A DNA stretch of 64,000 nt from the NCBI GenBank assembly GCA_025786725.1, contig JAHLTZ010000014.1:186001-250000 (forward strand), written 5' to 3'. The position numbers and the translations under genes are program-made. Of this stretch, positions 53,818-63,369 are shown piece by piece (position 1 is the stretch's first letter; every line of letters starts with the position of its first letter). The stretch is from Syncephalis fuscata S228 (Eukaryota > Fungi > Zoopagomycota). A model generated the notes under the pieces. That model did no database searches, was not told the DNA's origin, and worked only from the letters and a program-made list of their open reading frames with translations.

Positions 53818-54695
53818 ATGTACTCACTACCAAAAACATTGGCTATTTGTCAAGTGGCTGCCATCCTGGTGATGGCCGCCGTAAAGGGAAGCATGGCACA
53901 CTCCTGGCTTGAGTGTACCAACATAGATCAAAGTGGTAAAAAATGCGATGGTTTCCAGCGCGGTTGGAGTCCCAGTCACGTTGATACCGATATGACTTAT
54001 CGTATTCTCGATCGTAAAAACGAACCTGCTTGTTTCCCTGGTCGACAGGATTCAAGCTCAAAATACACGCCTGGATTCCGATGGCCCATGCCCGTCCTGG
54101 CGAAACACTAACCTTTACTTATCTTGAAAACGGCCATGTTACTAAGGATAAATTACCAGACCGGCCAAATCCCAAGACATACACAATCCATTGGTCGTCA
54201 GCAGCAAACACCGATAGTATTAAGATGCGTTCTGATCTGTCGGAAAGCAACCAGCTCGGTCCCGTGCATCAGTTTGACGATGGCCAATGCTCCGAGGATG
54301 GCTCGATGGGCCGTGCTGCACGCCCATGCCGCGGTAGCTTTACCATTCCAAGTAATGCAGCACCCGGCCGGCACCAGTTCGTTTGGTGGTGGAAGTTTGA
54401 TAAGGCAGCGCCCGAGGAATATACTGCCTGTTTTGACGTTATGGTTTCGGGTAGCGATACACCTTCAAGTCCAGAACCTAGTCCAGAACCTAGTCCAGAG
54501 CCACGGCCCAATCCGCCATCATCACCATCTCCACCACCATCAAGCGACAACAAATGCGCTGGCCAGACCTACGACAAGAATGCATACGTGTGCGACAACG
54601 ATCAGCTATGCACTATCGACAACCGTGCTTGCGGTAAAGCCTGCTATTCACCATCCCAGTACAAGTGTGTTGACGGACAGTTGCGTAGTCTCTAA
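53818..54695 (+). CDS. Secreted LPMO-like (N-terminal His) protein with Pro/Ser linker and CBM52-like module; apparent 1-nt deletion at ~54078
   Basis: Signal peptide ending SMA|HSWLECT; YLENGHV; WWWKFDK..EEYTACFDV; C-terminal CAGQTYDKNAYVCDNDQLC..CGKACYSPSQYKC. ORFs 53818 and 54030 join as PGFPMAHARPG by comparison with the paralogs. Confidence 0.75.
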
Positions 54696-55395
54696 TTGTA
54701 TGTGCCGTCAGTCAGTTTAAATTAATTATTTTGCAGGACAAAATAAACTATAAATAATAATAACTTATTCTTGGTTATAAATGGTTTTACTAGATTTTGT
54801 ATTTTTTTATTAACTTACTATGCAGCTATTGGTATGTTTTATAATAACCCATCATTACAATTATTTGAAATGTGTAAAAATGTTAAGTTTTGATTATTGT
54901 AGCAATAATAGACATATCATTATATAGCTAATAGCTGCAATAATGGTTGTAAATACAGTTTCATATTTTAATCATATTGGCATATCCATTTAACATGAGT
55001 TGCTTTGATAATAAAATAGGCTGTTATCTAGAAATATTGTAGGCAGACAACTTTCTATTGCTCTATTATTAGTTATGTTTACTATATAATTATAACTTTC
55101 TTCAATATCGATATCAATATCGGTTTCTAGTTTCATTCTCATTCTTATTACTTTTATATAAATTATCTAGTTTATTATATTTGAATTGTAATAGTTAATA
55201 CGTGATATTCTTAGCGTTAAATCAAATATTATTAAACATCAAAACTAACGATATAGGATAGCATCATAATAATGTGTTGTTTGGTCATCCAAATTGCAAT
55301 CTCTAAAATCAAAGTTGCAACAGTGCTATGTGAAATAAATAGTTAAAATAGTAAATATTTATTTATAATCCATACGATTCCAATTGTTTGCTTCA

Positions 55396-56376
55396 TTAGC
55401 AGCTATGTATTAGCTGAACAAGCTGATTGTTTGGGCAACATTTATATTGCTTTGGAGAATAACAAGCAGTGCCGCATGCTTTGGTACTCAACGGACACAG
55501 CTGGTTATTGTCGCAAACATAAAGTGAAGGATTGTATGGTTGGCCTTTGCAGGAAAGAATACCACTTGTATTGCTGGCAATTGGACGGCTGGTTGTAGCT
55601 GGCGAAGAGCTTTTGGCTGACGAGCTATTGCTTAAATCTTTACTATCCAGAGCAACATTACTGCCAACGGTGCTTTCGGGTATTGCGGCGTTCACCGTTG
55701 CCTCAGGATTGCTACCATCAAGGATCATAACATCAAAACAGGCGGTATACTCTTCTGGGCCCGCCTTATCAAATTTCCACCACCAAACAAACTGGTGCCG
55801 GCCAGGTGTAGCACTGCTTGGAATGGTGAAACTGCCGCGACATGGACGTTTAACACGGCCTGGTTGAAGACCGTCCTCGGAACATTGGCCATCATCAAAT
55901 GGTAGAGCTGGACCGAGTTGGTTTTGTGCTGTCATATCCGACATCATTTTAATTGTGTCTTGATTTGCTGCTGACGACCAATGGATCGTGTATGTCTTGG
56001 GATTTGGCTGGTCTGGCAATTTATCCTTTGTGACATGGCCATTTTCAAGATAAGTCAAGGTTAGTGTTTGGCCGGGACGAGCATTGGCCATTGGAAATGC
56101 AGGCGCGTATTGTGTGCTTGAATCCTGTCGACCAGGGAAACAAGCAGGGACGTTTTGTCGATTGAGTATCCGGTAAGTCATATCGACGTCAATATGATTG
56201 GGGCTCCAGCCACGTTGGTAGCCATTGCACTGATTTGTGCTAATCGAATAATTGGTGCATTCAAGCCAGGAATGCGCGCCAACACTAGGCCATTGCTGGG
56301 CGAGTACAATGAAAGCGGCTAGCGCTATTGTACCAGCATTACGTTTAACACTAATATTATTTAAATAGATATTCAT
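55396..56376 (-). CDS. Secreted LPMO-like (N-terminal His) protein with CBM52-like module, paralog 2
   Basis: Signal peptide ending SVGA|HSWLECT; YLENGHV; EEYTACFDV; Ser-rich linker; CKGQPYNPSLYVCDNNQLCP..CGTACYSPKQYKCC. Confidence 0.8.
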   Translation of the reverse strand: MNIYLNNISVKRNAGTIALAAFIVLAQQWPSVGAHSWLECTNYSISTNQCNGYQRGWSPNHIDVDMTYRILNRQNVPACFPGRQDSSTQYAPAFPMANARPGQTLTLTYLENGHVTKDKLPDQPNPKTYTIHWSSAANQDTIKMMSDMTAQNQLGPALPFDDGQCSEDGLQPGRVKRPCRGSFTIPSSATPGRHQFVWWWKFDKAGPEEYTACFDVMILDGSNPEATVNAAIPESTVGSNVALDSKDLSNSSSAKSSSPATTSRPIASNTSGILSCKGQPYNPSLYVCDNNQLCPLSTKACGTACYSPKQYKCCPNNQLVQLIHSC

Positions 56377-56844
56377 AATGACCGTATTTAGTATGAATTC
56401 AGAATAATACGCAAACAATGGTTGCTTGCATTCAAAATAGGTGCGCTACACTTAGTTGACGAATACAGGAGGTGATAGATTATAAAATGGCAGCAGGGTA
56501 TTCAAAAAGGCCAAGACTTTAGTTATAACCATGACATTGCAATTGAAAAAGGATGTTGCCATGTGAACTTGGAGTGGAAAAGCAAGTAAAACAATTTTCA
56601 TGTGTATTTTCAATAATAGTCGTTGTTCTAGACTCCATTCGGCAGCCAGAAATTGCTAAATATGAATTAAAAGACAAGTTCCCATAGCTTGTTATCCGCA
56701 GTAATATAATGTAAAAATCCTTAGTTGTGAAATAATTTGCATTTAAAATCCGCACGTAAAACTGCCACACAATAAACAAATTAACTGCTTAATAATTTAT
56801 TCCATTTACGGATAAGCACAATGCCTGACCGGCTAAAAACAGTC

Positions 56845-57666
56845 TTAATTAACGTGTTGCTGAGGAGCAATCGTGCCAGCCGCGACTTGATCACGAACTT
56901 GTTTGGGATAGTTGTACTGCGATGCATAGTCGAACCAATCGTTGCCATAGCCAGGATTGAATAGTGGCTTGTTACCAAGCCAGCGCGAAGCCTCGTTGGG
57001 TGGTAGCGCATCTCCTTGTTTCTCACCTGGAGAAAGTACATTGACGTCGAAACAGGATGTATACTCTTCTTTGCCGTTAGTTTTGGCAAATTTCCACCAC
57101 CATACGACTTGGTGTCGTCCAGGTGCGGCGTCTTTTGGGATTGTTAGCCGACCCCAACATGGTCGTTTCACGCGACCAGCCGTTGTTCCTAAATCGGCAC
57201 AACCACCATCATCAAACTTAATCTCACGGCCAAGTTGGTTATTCTGGCTAAGATCAGCACGTGTCTTTATCGTATCGATATTTGTCGCAGTCGACCAATG
57301 TACTGAGTAAGTGCCTGGATTCGGTGTGGGCAGATCAGCTACAGCATGGTTGCGCTCCATGTAGGTAAAAGTGATAGTTTGACCAGGAAATGCTCGTGCC
57401 ATAGGAAAACTGGGATTATCCGCTGCACGTTGCTGGTGGTTAGGAAAGCATGCTGGTGCTTTAGGATCACTTTGGCCTTTAAGACGCCAGGTCATTAGCG
57501 CATCGCGATGCTGCGCGTCCCAGCCGCGCTGCCAGCCATGGCATTGTCCATTACGAAAATCAGTGCACTCAAGCCAGGAATGCGCCTTGGCTGGGTGGAC
57601 GTCCGTAAGTAAAACACCAGCTGCGACTATAATAGCCGCTGTAAGGGATGTAAGTTGCAAAATCAT
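56845..57666 (-). CDS. Secreted LPMO-like (N-terminal His) protein, paralog 3, no CBM
   Basis: Signal peptide ending PAKA|HSWLECT; YMERNHAV; WWWKF..EEYTSCFDV; distinct aromatic/Gln-rich tail. Confidence 0.8.
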   Translation of the reverse strand: MILQLTSLTAAIIVAAGVLLTDVHPAKAHSWLECTDFRNGQCHGWQRGWDAQHRDALMTWRLKGQSDPKAPACFPNHQQRAADNPSFPMARAFPGQTITFTYMERNHAVADLPTPNPGTYSVHWSTATNIDTIKTRADLSQNNQLGREIKFDDGGCADLGTTAGRVKRPCWGRLTIPKDAAPGRHQVVWWWKFAKTNGKEEYTSCFDVNVLSPGEKQGDALPPNEASRWLGNKPLFNPGYGNDWFDYASQYNYPKQVRDQVAAGTIAPQQHVN

Positions 57667-58105
57667 GGTTAGTTGCTAGTTAGTTTAGGATAATGAAATA
57701 AAAATGAATTTAAGATAATTTGCAGGCTTTATCTGTGAAAATGGGTGCTTTAAATATTTAATCCGCTTTTTTCTAAGGCGCTCTTCTCATACCTATTACC
57801 GCTTGTGCGATATAGTTTTTTCAAATGCACAACGGTTAAATCGTAGTCACTTTTACTTTGCTATCATTTACGTTAAAAGGTATAGTTTACTAAAACAGTG
57901 TTCGAGGTATGGTGTGTTTTAAAACATCTTTTTCCGTTTTTTTTTGAAACAGCAGTCTTTTAATCATAATACTGCCTTGAATGGTAGTGATACAAACTGC
58001 TTTACTAGTTAAATGGTAAATGTTGCTTTGTTCTACACTATAAATACTTTAAACATGGCTTATTTGCAATTAAGCTTATTAATATTCGGTTCAGTGTATA
58101 TACGT

Positions 58106-58770
58106 TGTTACTATTTCACCAGTATAATTGTGGTGTAAGTTGCGTTATTTACCATATTTGGTAGAAAACTTAATTAGCAATAACTTCATCACGTGACTAT
58201 TCCCATTTCTGGTAATAGTCAGGGTCCTAGTAAAAGATGGCCATTCTTTCGGTTAAGACACGACGATCCCAACACTACAATCGTTTCTAACTCTTGGCAA
58301 GAAACACAGCGCCTATAAATACTTGCAATTCACGGCTCCATACTACTTATTACAGTAAAAACTAGCCCCATATTGCCGGAAGAAGAAATTGAACAGACAA
58401 GTTGTTCAAGTTCTTCCTTCATAATATCCAAGACCATTTGCTATAAAATGGCAGCCATATTTTTAATCTTAATAAAAATTATCTTATCTTGGTTTAAATT
58501 CTTTTTTATTTTATTTGAATTTTGAACCTTTTGATCATTTCAGTCTTGCAGTGATTGCTAGACTGAACTGATCCTTTTATCTAAGCTAACAATATTCTAG
58601 TCATTTATTCTACTTCTGTAGAAATTATTAATTAAAGGTTGACAATCTTTATTAATAAAAACAATTAAGTAAGTCTTATATAACATTAATTACTAACATT
58701 ATAGGTCACTCAAGACCAAGCATAATATTAGTAATCTGCTTATTATTCTACTCTTAGTGGAATAGTAACA
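58106..58770 (+). repeat. 5' LTR (665 bp)
   Basis: TG...CA ends with 10-bp terminal inverted repeats TGTTACTATT / AATAGTAACA; immediately followed by the PBS; candidate TSD TACGT at 58101-58105. Confidence 0.8.
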
Positions 58771-58772
58771 TT

Positions 58773-58791
58773 TGGCGAGCACACCAGGACT
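58773..58791 (+). promoter_or_regulatory. Primer-binding site, probably complementary to a tRNA-Arg 3' end
   Basis: TGGCGAGCACACCAGGACT lies 2 nt after the LTR CA and resembles the complement of tRNA-Arg(ACG)-type 3' ends (..TCCTGG....CTCGCCA). Confidence 0.7.
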
Positions 58792-58852
58792 GGTAAAACA
58801 AGTCTATCGACCCCGAAAGATCTCCTGGTACTACAAGAACAGATATGGTACG

Positions 58853-60559
58853 ATGGATGGCCCAAATAAAGACGCATTAAAAAGGCCACCGCTTGGACCA
58901 CCCAAACGCAAGACAATGCAAGAATACAAGAATACACTTGATCTTACTGTTAGCCAACTAATCGACGGTAACGCCGATGAAGTATACAACCTAGCTTTTA
59001 TAAAAGACGGCCCAAGAGAACTAGAAACACTCTGCAGCAGAATATTATTATTCATGCAAAATATGAGTTCCACAAGCAGCCTAGACGAGTTAATCCTAGC
59101 ATGGAGCTCTATAATCGCATCCATGTGCGAAGGAGGCGACCAGGCAGACATGGGACGATTCGTCCTATCACTAGCTCATTTCTTAGGACAAATGGCAGCA
59201 GATCTAGGAAGAGACGGAATCAAGGATATGGTAGCGGACGGAATGGAGCAGAAGAAAAGAGAACCAATATTTATTGAAGATGTAGATAGACAACTGCATC
59301 TAATTATTAAAGGTAGGAAAGAAAAGCAGCCAACTACTAACTTCAATAGAGACTACGGTCCAAGACCACATATTAACACACAGCCCATACTTCCTGACCC
59401 AAGAAGTGTACTGAATCGCCATATCAATTCACCACCCATGTCAACAAGAAGAGAGGAATATACCTACCAGCAAGCGCAAACAAGATTTAATAATCAAGAG
59501 TATGACCATCGCGCATTAATGTCAAACTATCGAAACTACACTAAAGTAGATAGTAATATTTTGCCATTTGAGGGAACAGTTCAAAACGAAGACCCAATTT
59601 TATGGCTAGTACAGTTTGAACGAGGCGCTAGAAGACACGGATGGACAGATCACGATAAATTAATACAAGTATCGTCATATCTAGAAGGACCTGCACTACA
59701 ATGGTTCGATCACGCACAAGAATATATCCACGAATGGAAAGATGGTAACGATTTACAAAGATATACTAACAACTCATTTTATGGCCAATTTCATACTAAC
59801 TTCGTCACTGCTAACATGAAGTATTTATGGCAACAGCTATATCAAAATTGTAAATTCGTAAGAAAAGATACGACGATAACATTTGCTAACAGATTACGCG
59901 AGTTACACAAACGATGTGAACATTACGCACCTACATCCGAAGCTAACTTAATCATGCATTACAAACAGAACTTACCTGCTGAAATACGCGAAAAATTGTT
60001 AAGCCGTTTAGATGTTATGGATATGGAATACCAGATTCAACAATATAGTTTTGATTCAATTGTTAGAATTGCACAAAGAGTTGAGCTATTTTACATTGAT
60101 GCTTATGGTAGTCTACCATATGAATACTCTTGTGATCAAGTTGAAAAATCACCATTTAATCGTAATAGTGTGGTATCAATTTACATGCAACCATGGGTAT
60201 ACGAATCGCTAAAGAAAACGCGATATGCATCACAACCAATGATGGTCACTAATCGACAAATAGCTCCGCGGTATGGCAACAACGACGGTCGCATGAAAGC
60301 ACCGACACCAAAGAACGACGGCATAACAACAACAACATCAGAACAGAAGAAGCCAACGTGTTATAAATGCAATACTGTCGGACATTTTGCCAACAAATGC
60401 CCACAGAAATTCAACAAGAAAGAAATAACAGCTAATGTAGCCACTACGGAACAGCATGATGAAGAATACGAAGACGAAGAACATGATGAACAAGAATATC
60501 AAGAAGAAGAAGACCCAGTTTACATCCAACATTGCAACACGGATTTTTGTCTGGCGTAA
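58853..60559 (+). CDS. gag: Retrotransposon Gag
   Basis: First in-frame ATG after the PBS; capsid-like PFEG..EDPILWLVQFER..HGW..YLEGPALQWF; zinc knuckle CYKCNTVGHFANKC; acidic tail. Confidence 0.9.
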   Translation: MDGPNKDALKRPPLGPPKRKTMQEYKNTLDLTVSQLIDGNADEVYNLAFIKDGPRELETLCSRILLFMQNMSSTSSLDELILAWSSIIASMCEGGDQADMGRFVLSLAHFLGQMAADLGRDGIKDMVADGMEQKKREPIFIEDVDRQLHLIIKGRKEKQPTTNFNRDYGPRPHINTQPILPDPRSVLNRHINSPPMSTRREEYTYQQAQTRFNNQEYDHRALMSNYRNYTKVDSNILPFEGTVQNEDPILWLVQFERGARRHGWTDHDKLIQVSSYLEGPALQWFDHAQEYIHEWKDGNDLQRYTNNSFYGQFHTNFVTANMKYLWQQLYQNCKFVRKDTTITFANRLRELHKRCEHYAPTSEANLIMHYKQNLPAEIREKLLSRLDVMDMEYQIQQYSFDSIVRIAQRVELFYIDAYGSLPYEYSCDQVEKSPFNRNSVVSIYMQPWVYESLKKTRYASQPMMVTNRQIAPRYGNNDGRMKAPTPKNDGITTTTSEQKKPTCYKCNTVGHFANKCPQKFNKKEITANVATTEQHDEEYEDEEHDEQEYQEEEDPVYIQHCNTDFCLA

Positions 60560-60598
60560 CCCAAACAGGTCAAGTTACGCAAAAAGAAAAAGATCCTG
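60541..60598 (+). promoter_or_regulatory. -1 ribosomal frameshift signal (G GAU UUU + stem/pseudoknot)
   Basis: Slippery GGATTTT at 60541-60547 in the gag/pol overlap; 6-nt spacer; 7-bp stem GCGTAAC(60554-60560)/GTTACGC(60574-60580); loop CAGG can pair with CCTG at 60595-60598. Confidence 0.75.
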
Positions 60599-63363
60599 AC
60601 GAAGTAGTTCTTTTATTAGATGTATACGCAGCTTTTGGTGTCACGCGAAAAACTCCAACTAAAACGGCAGTCAAAATTAATGATCACGACACTGTTGTTA
60701 TTATAGATTCTGGCGCGACATCATGCATAATTGGATATCAACTAATGAAACAATTAGGCCTCGAAATTACTCATCCATCATCCACTAATGTCAGAGGAAT
60801 TTCAGGAGCAACAGTACCAGCAGTTGGTGAAATACAACAATTACAGGTACAATTTGGTAATCATACAGCATTGGTAGATGTTACAGTGATCAATGCAAAT
60901 GGATTAGAGTTATTGGTCAGCAACGAATGGTTAGAAGATTATAACGCTACGGTAGCACATGGTAAACGACGAATTAAACTTACCATTAATGGGGAAAGAA
61001 TTTCACAATCAATATGGAGGATGGAAAATATTACTGACAATCTATTGGCTGTTGCAGAAAAGCAGTCACAAAAGTTAGAAATTCGTAACGATAAACCAAT
61101 TCACATCACAGCAAACGGTTTGTTATCATGGCCACTACGACAGACCAACTATCAGCCTGACCAACAAAACAAACAATGTTTAATATTTGAAGCTGACTTG
61201 TCTACGTTGTTACAATTTGGTATTACACCACTATTCGCCTATGGCTCACAAAAAAGGTTACAATTACCGTTGATCAATAATACTAACCAAACTATTGAAA
61301 TACCAGTTGGAACTAGATTAGGATGGATAGAACCTACTGACAACAAACCAACTAATATTAAGAATAGAACTGATATTCAAAATCACTTGAATGAAATTCA
61401 GAAACACAGCAATGATCCGGTAGTATTAATGGTGGAAGAAGATACAGGAATAACAGAAAAAGAATTGTCACAGCAACTAGATGCAGAATTAACAGAAGAA
61501 CAACGTCATAAATTACTGCAAATACTAATGAGTAATAGAGATTTATTTGCAAAGGATTCTAAAGATTTAGGAAAAACCACCTACGTACAACATTCGATCA
61601 ACACTGGATCAGCCGAACCAATCAAGTGCCGATCATACCATTATTCTCCAACAGATAATGAATTTCTAGAAAAAGAAATTACTGAAATGTTAGAGCGAGG
61701 CGTTATAAAGCCATCCAGTAGCCCATGGGCTTTTCCCGTTGTCTTAGTAAAGAAGAAAGATGGCTCAACTCGTTTTTGTGTGGACTATAGGAAATTAAAT
61801 GCGGTAACTAGAAAAGACGAATACCCATTGCCGCGAATCGATGAAATATTCGACTCAATGCGAGGAGCATCATGGTTTTCTGCCTTAGATTTAGCATCAG
61901 GCTATTGGCAAGTTGAAATGAAAGAAGAAGACAAGGACAAGACTACATTTGTTACCCGGCAAGGAACTTACAAATTCAATGTAATGCCATTTGGTTTAAC
62001 AAATGCACCGGCAACATTTCAACGATTAATGGATCAGGTATACTCAGGTTTACTTTGGGTGTCAGTATTTGTATATCTTGATGACATACAAGTATTTGCA
62101 TCTACATTCGATGAACATTTAACACGGCTTAAGGAAGCATTTGAAAGGTTGCGAATAGCTGGACTTAAATTAAAACTAACAAAATGTACATTTGGTCAAA
62201 GAGAAATTGCATTTTTAGGATATAAGACTGGCAAAGATGGCCTAAAAGTTGATGAAGCTAAAGTACAGGCCGTAGCAAAGTGCCGTGCACCTAAAAACGT
62301 TACCGAATTACGTTCGTTCCATGGATTAGCTTCATATTATCGCCGATTCGTTTCTAATTTCGCTAAGTTAACTGCTCCATTAAGACTGCTATTACAGAAA
62401 GATGAAGATTGGAATTGGACTTCATCGCAACAAACGTCATTCGATTCTATTAAACAAGCACTAATTAATGCACCTGTTTTGATTTATCCAGACTTCAAAC
62501 GACCTTTTATTATAGAAGTCGATGCCTCATACGACGGACTCGGCGCCGTATTATCACAATGTGATAATAAAGAAGAACACCCAATTGCATATGCTAGTCG
62601 ATCAACACGACCAGAAGAAAGAAATCTAGCTACAGCAACAGAATTGGAAGCAGCAGCAGTAATATGGGCGTTAGAGAAATATCGACACTACGTACTTAGT
62701 AATGAAGTTATAATTAGAACCGACCACCGTGCACTAGAATTTATCGCTAACAATCAACCAGTTAATCGTAAATTCGCCAGATGGGCTTTCCAAGTCGCCG
62801 AATTTAGACCAACTATTGTCTATAAGAAAGGAACTCATAATCGTAATGCAGATGCATTATCACGTCCACCTTTTGTAGATAATACTCAAGATGTGTTTAC
62901 AGTGACCGAAACACACGCTGTCGCTTTACTGTTATACAAACGACTATCCGACAAAGCAACAGCACCTACACGCGCCACTCAACATTCCGTGGGTTATGAT
63001 TTAAGTTCAGCAACTGATTGTACTATTCAGCCAAGTCAGCGCGTCAGAATACCTCTTGACTTAGCAATTGAATTTACTAACGGTTACATGGGTGACATTC
63101 GTTCTCGTAGCGGACGTGCTTTTAAAGAAGGACTAATTGTTATTACAGGTACTATTGACCCCGATTACAGAGGTAACATTTATGTTGTATTATGCAACAT
63201 TAGTGATACGCCAGTCACCATAAAAACTGGCGAAAGAATAGCACAACTAGTGCTAACACCTGTCGTTACGCCAACGGCAAAAGAAATTCACCAATTATCT
63301 AATACTCAACGAGGTAATAACGGTTTTGGGTCCACCGGGCAAAACCCACTCGACATTAAGTAG
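60541..63363 (+). CDS. pol: Pol: aspartic protease, reverse transcriptase, RNase H and C-terminal trimeric dUTPase
   Basis: IIDSGA; SSSPWAFPVVLV, RFCVDYRKLN, MPFGLTNAPATFQ, YLDD; DAS..GLGAVLSQ, ELE, TDH, NADALSR; dUTPase motifs GYDL, RSGRA, GTIDPDYRG, GERIAQL, RGNNGFGSTG. Confidence 0.95.
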   Translation, partial: GFLSGVTQTGQVTQKEKDPDEVVLLLDVYAAFGVTRKTPTKTAVKINDHDTVVIIDSGATSCIIGYQLMKQLGLEITHPSSTNVRGISGATVPAVGEIQQLQVQFGNHTALVDVTVINANGLELLVSNEWLEDYNATVAHGKRRIKLTINGERISQSIWRMENITDNLLAVAEKQSQKLEIRNDKPIHITANGLLSWPLRQTNYQPDQQNKQCLIFEADLSTLLQFGITPLFAYGSQKRLQLPLINNTNQTIEIPVGTRLGWIEPTDNKPTNIKNRTDIQNHLNEIQKHSNDPVVLMVEEDTGITEKELSQQLDAELTEEQRHKLLQILMSNRDLFAKDSKDLGKTTYVQHSINTGSAEPIKCRSYHYSPTDNEFLEKEITEMLERGVIKPSSSPWAFPVVLVKKKDGSTRFCVDYRKLNAVTRKDEYPLPRIDEIFDSMRGASWFSALDLASGYWQVEMKEEDKDKTTFVTRQGTYKFNVMPFGLTNAPATFQRLMDQVYSGLLWVSVFVYLDDIQVFASTFDEHLTRLKEAFERLRIAGLKLKLTKCTFGQREIAFLGYKTGKDGLKVDEAKVQAVAKCRAPKNVTELRSFHGLASYYRRFVSNFAKLTAPLRLLLQKDEDWNWTSSQQTSFDSIKQALINAPVLIYPDFKRPFIIEVDASYDGLGAVLSQCDNKEEHPIAYASRSTRPEERNLATATELEAAAVIWALEKYRHYVLSNEVIIRTDHRALEFIANNQPVNRKFARWAFQVAEFRPTIVYKKGTHNRNADALSRPPFVDNTQDVFTVTETHAVALLLYKRLSDKATAPTRATQHSVGYDLSSATDCTIQPSQRVRIPLDLAIEFTNGYMGDIRSRSGRAFKEGLIVITGTIDPDYRGNIYVVLCNISDTPVTIKTGERIAQLVLTPVVTPTAKEIHQLSNTQRGNNGFGSTGQNPLDIK

Positions 63364-63369
63364 TCTTAA

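Noticed and set aside
53818-54111. Truncated 97-aa secreted peptide or pseudogenised paralog
   Set aside because: A single missing C at ~54078 restores full colinearity with the paralog at 55396-56376, and no other lesions are visible.
63361-63369. Simple stop-codon readthrough from Pol into integrase
   Set aside because: Two different in-frame stops (TAG, TAA) two codons apart and an immediate ATG make single readthrough unlikely.
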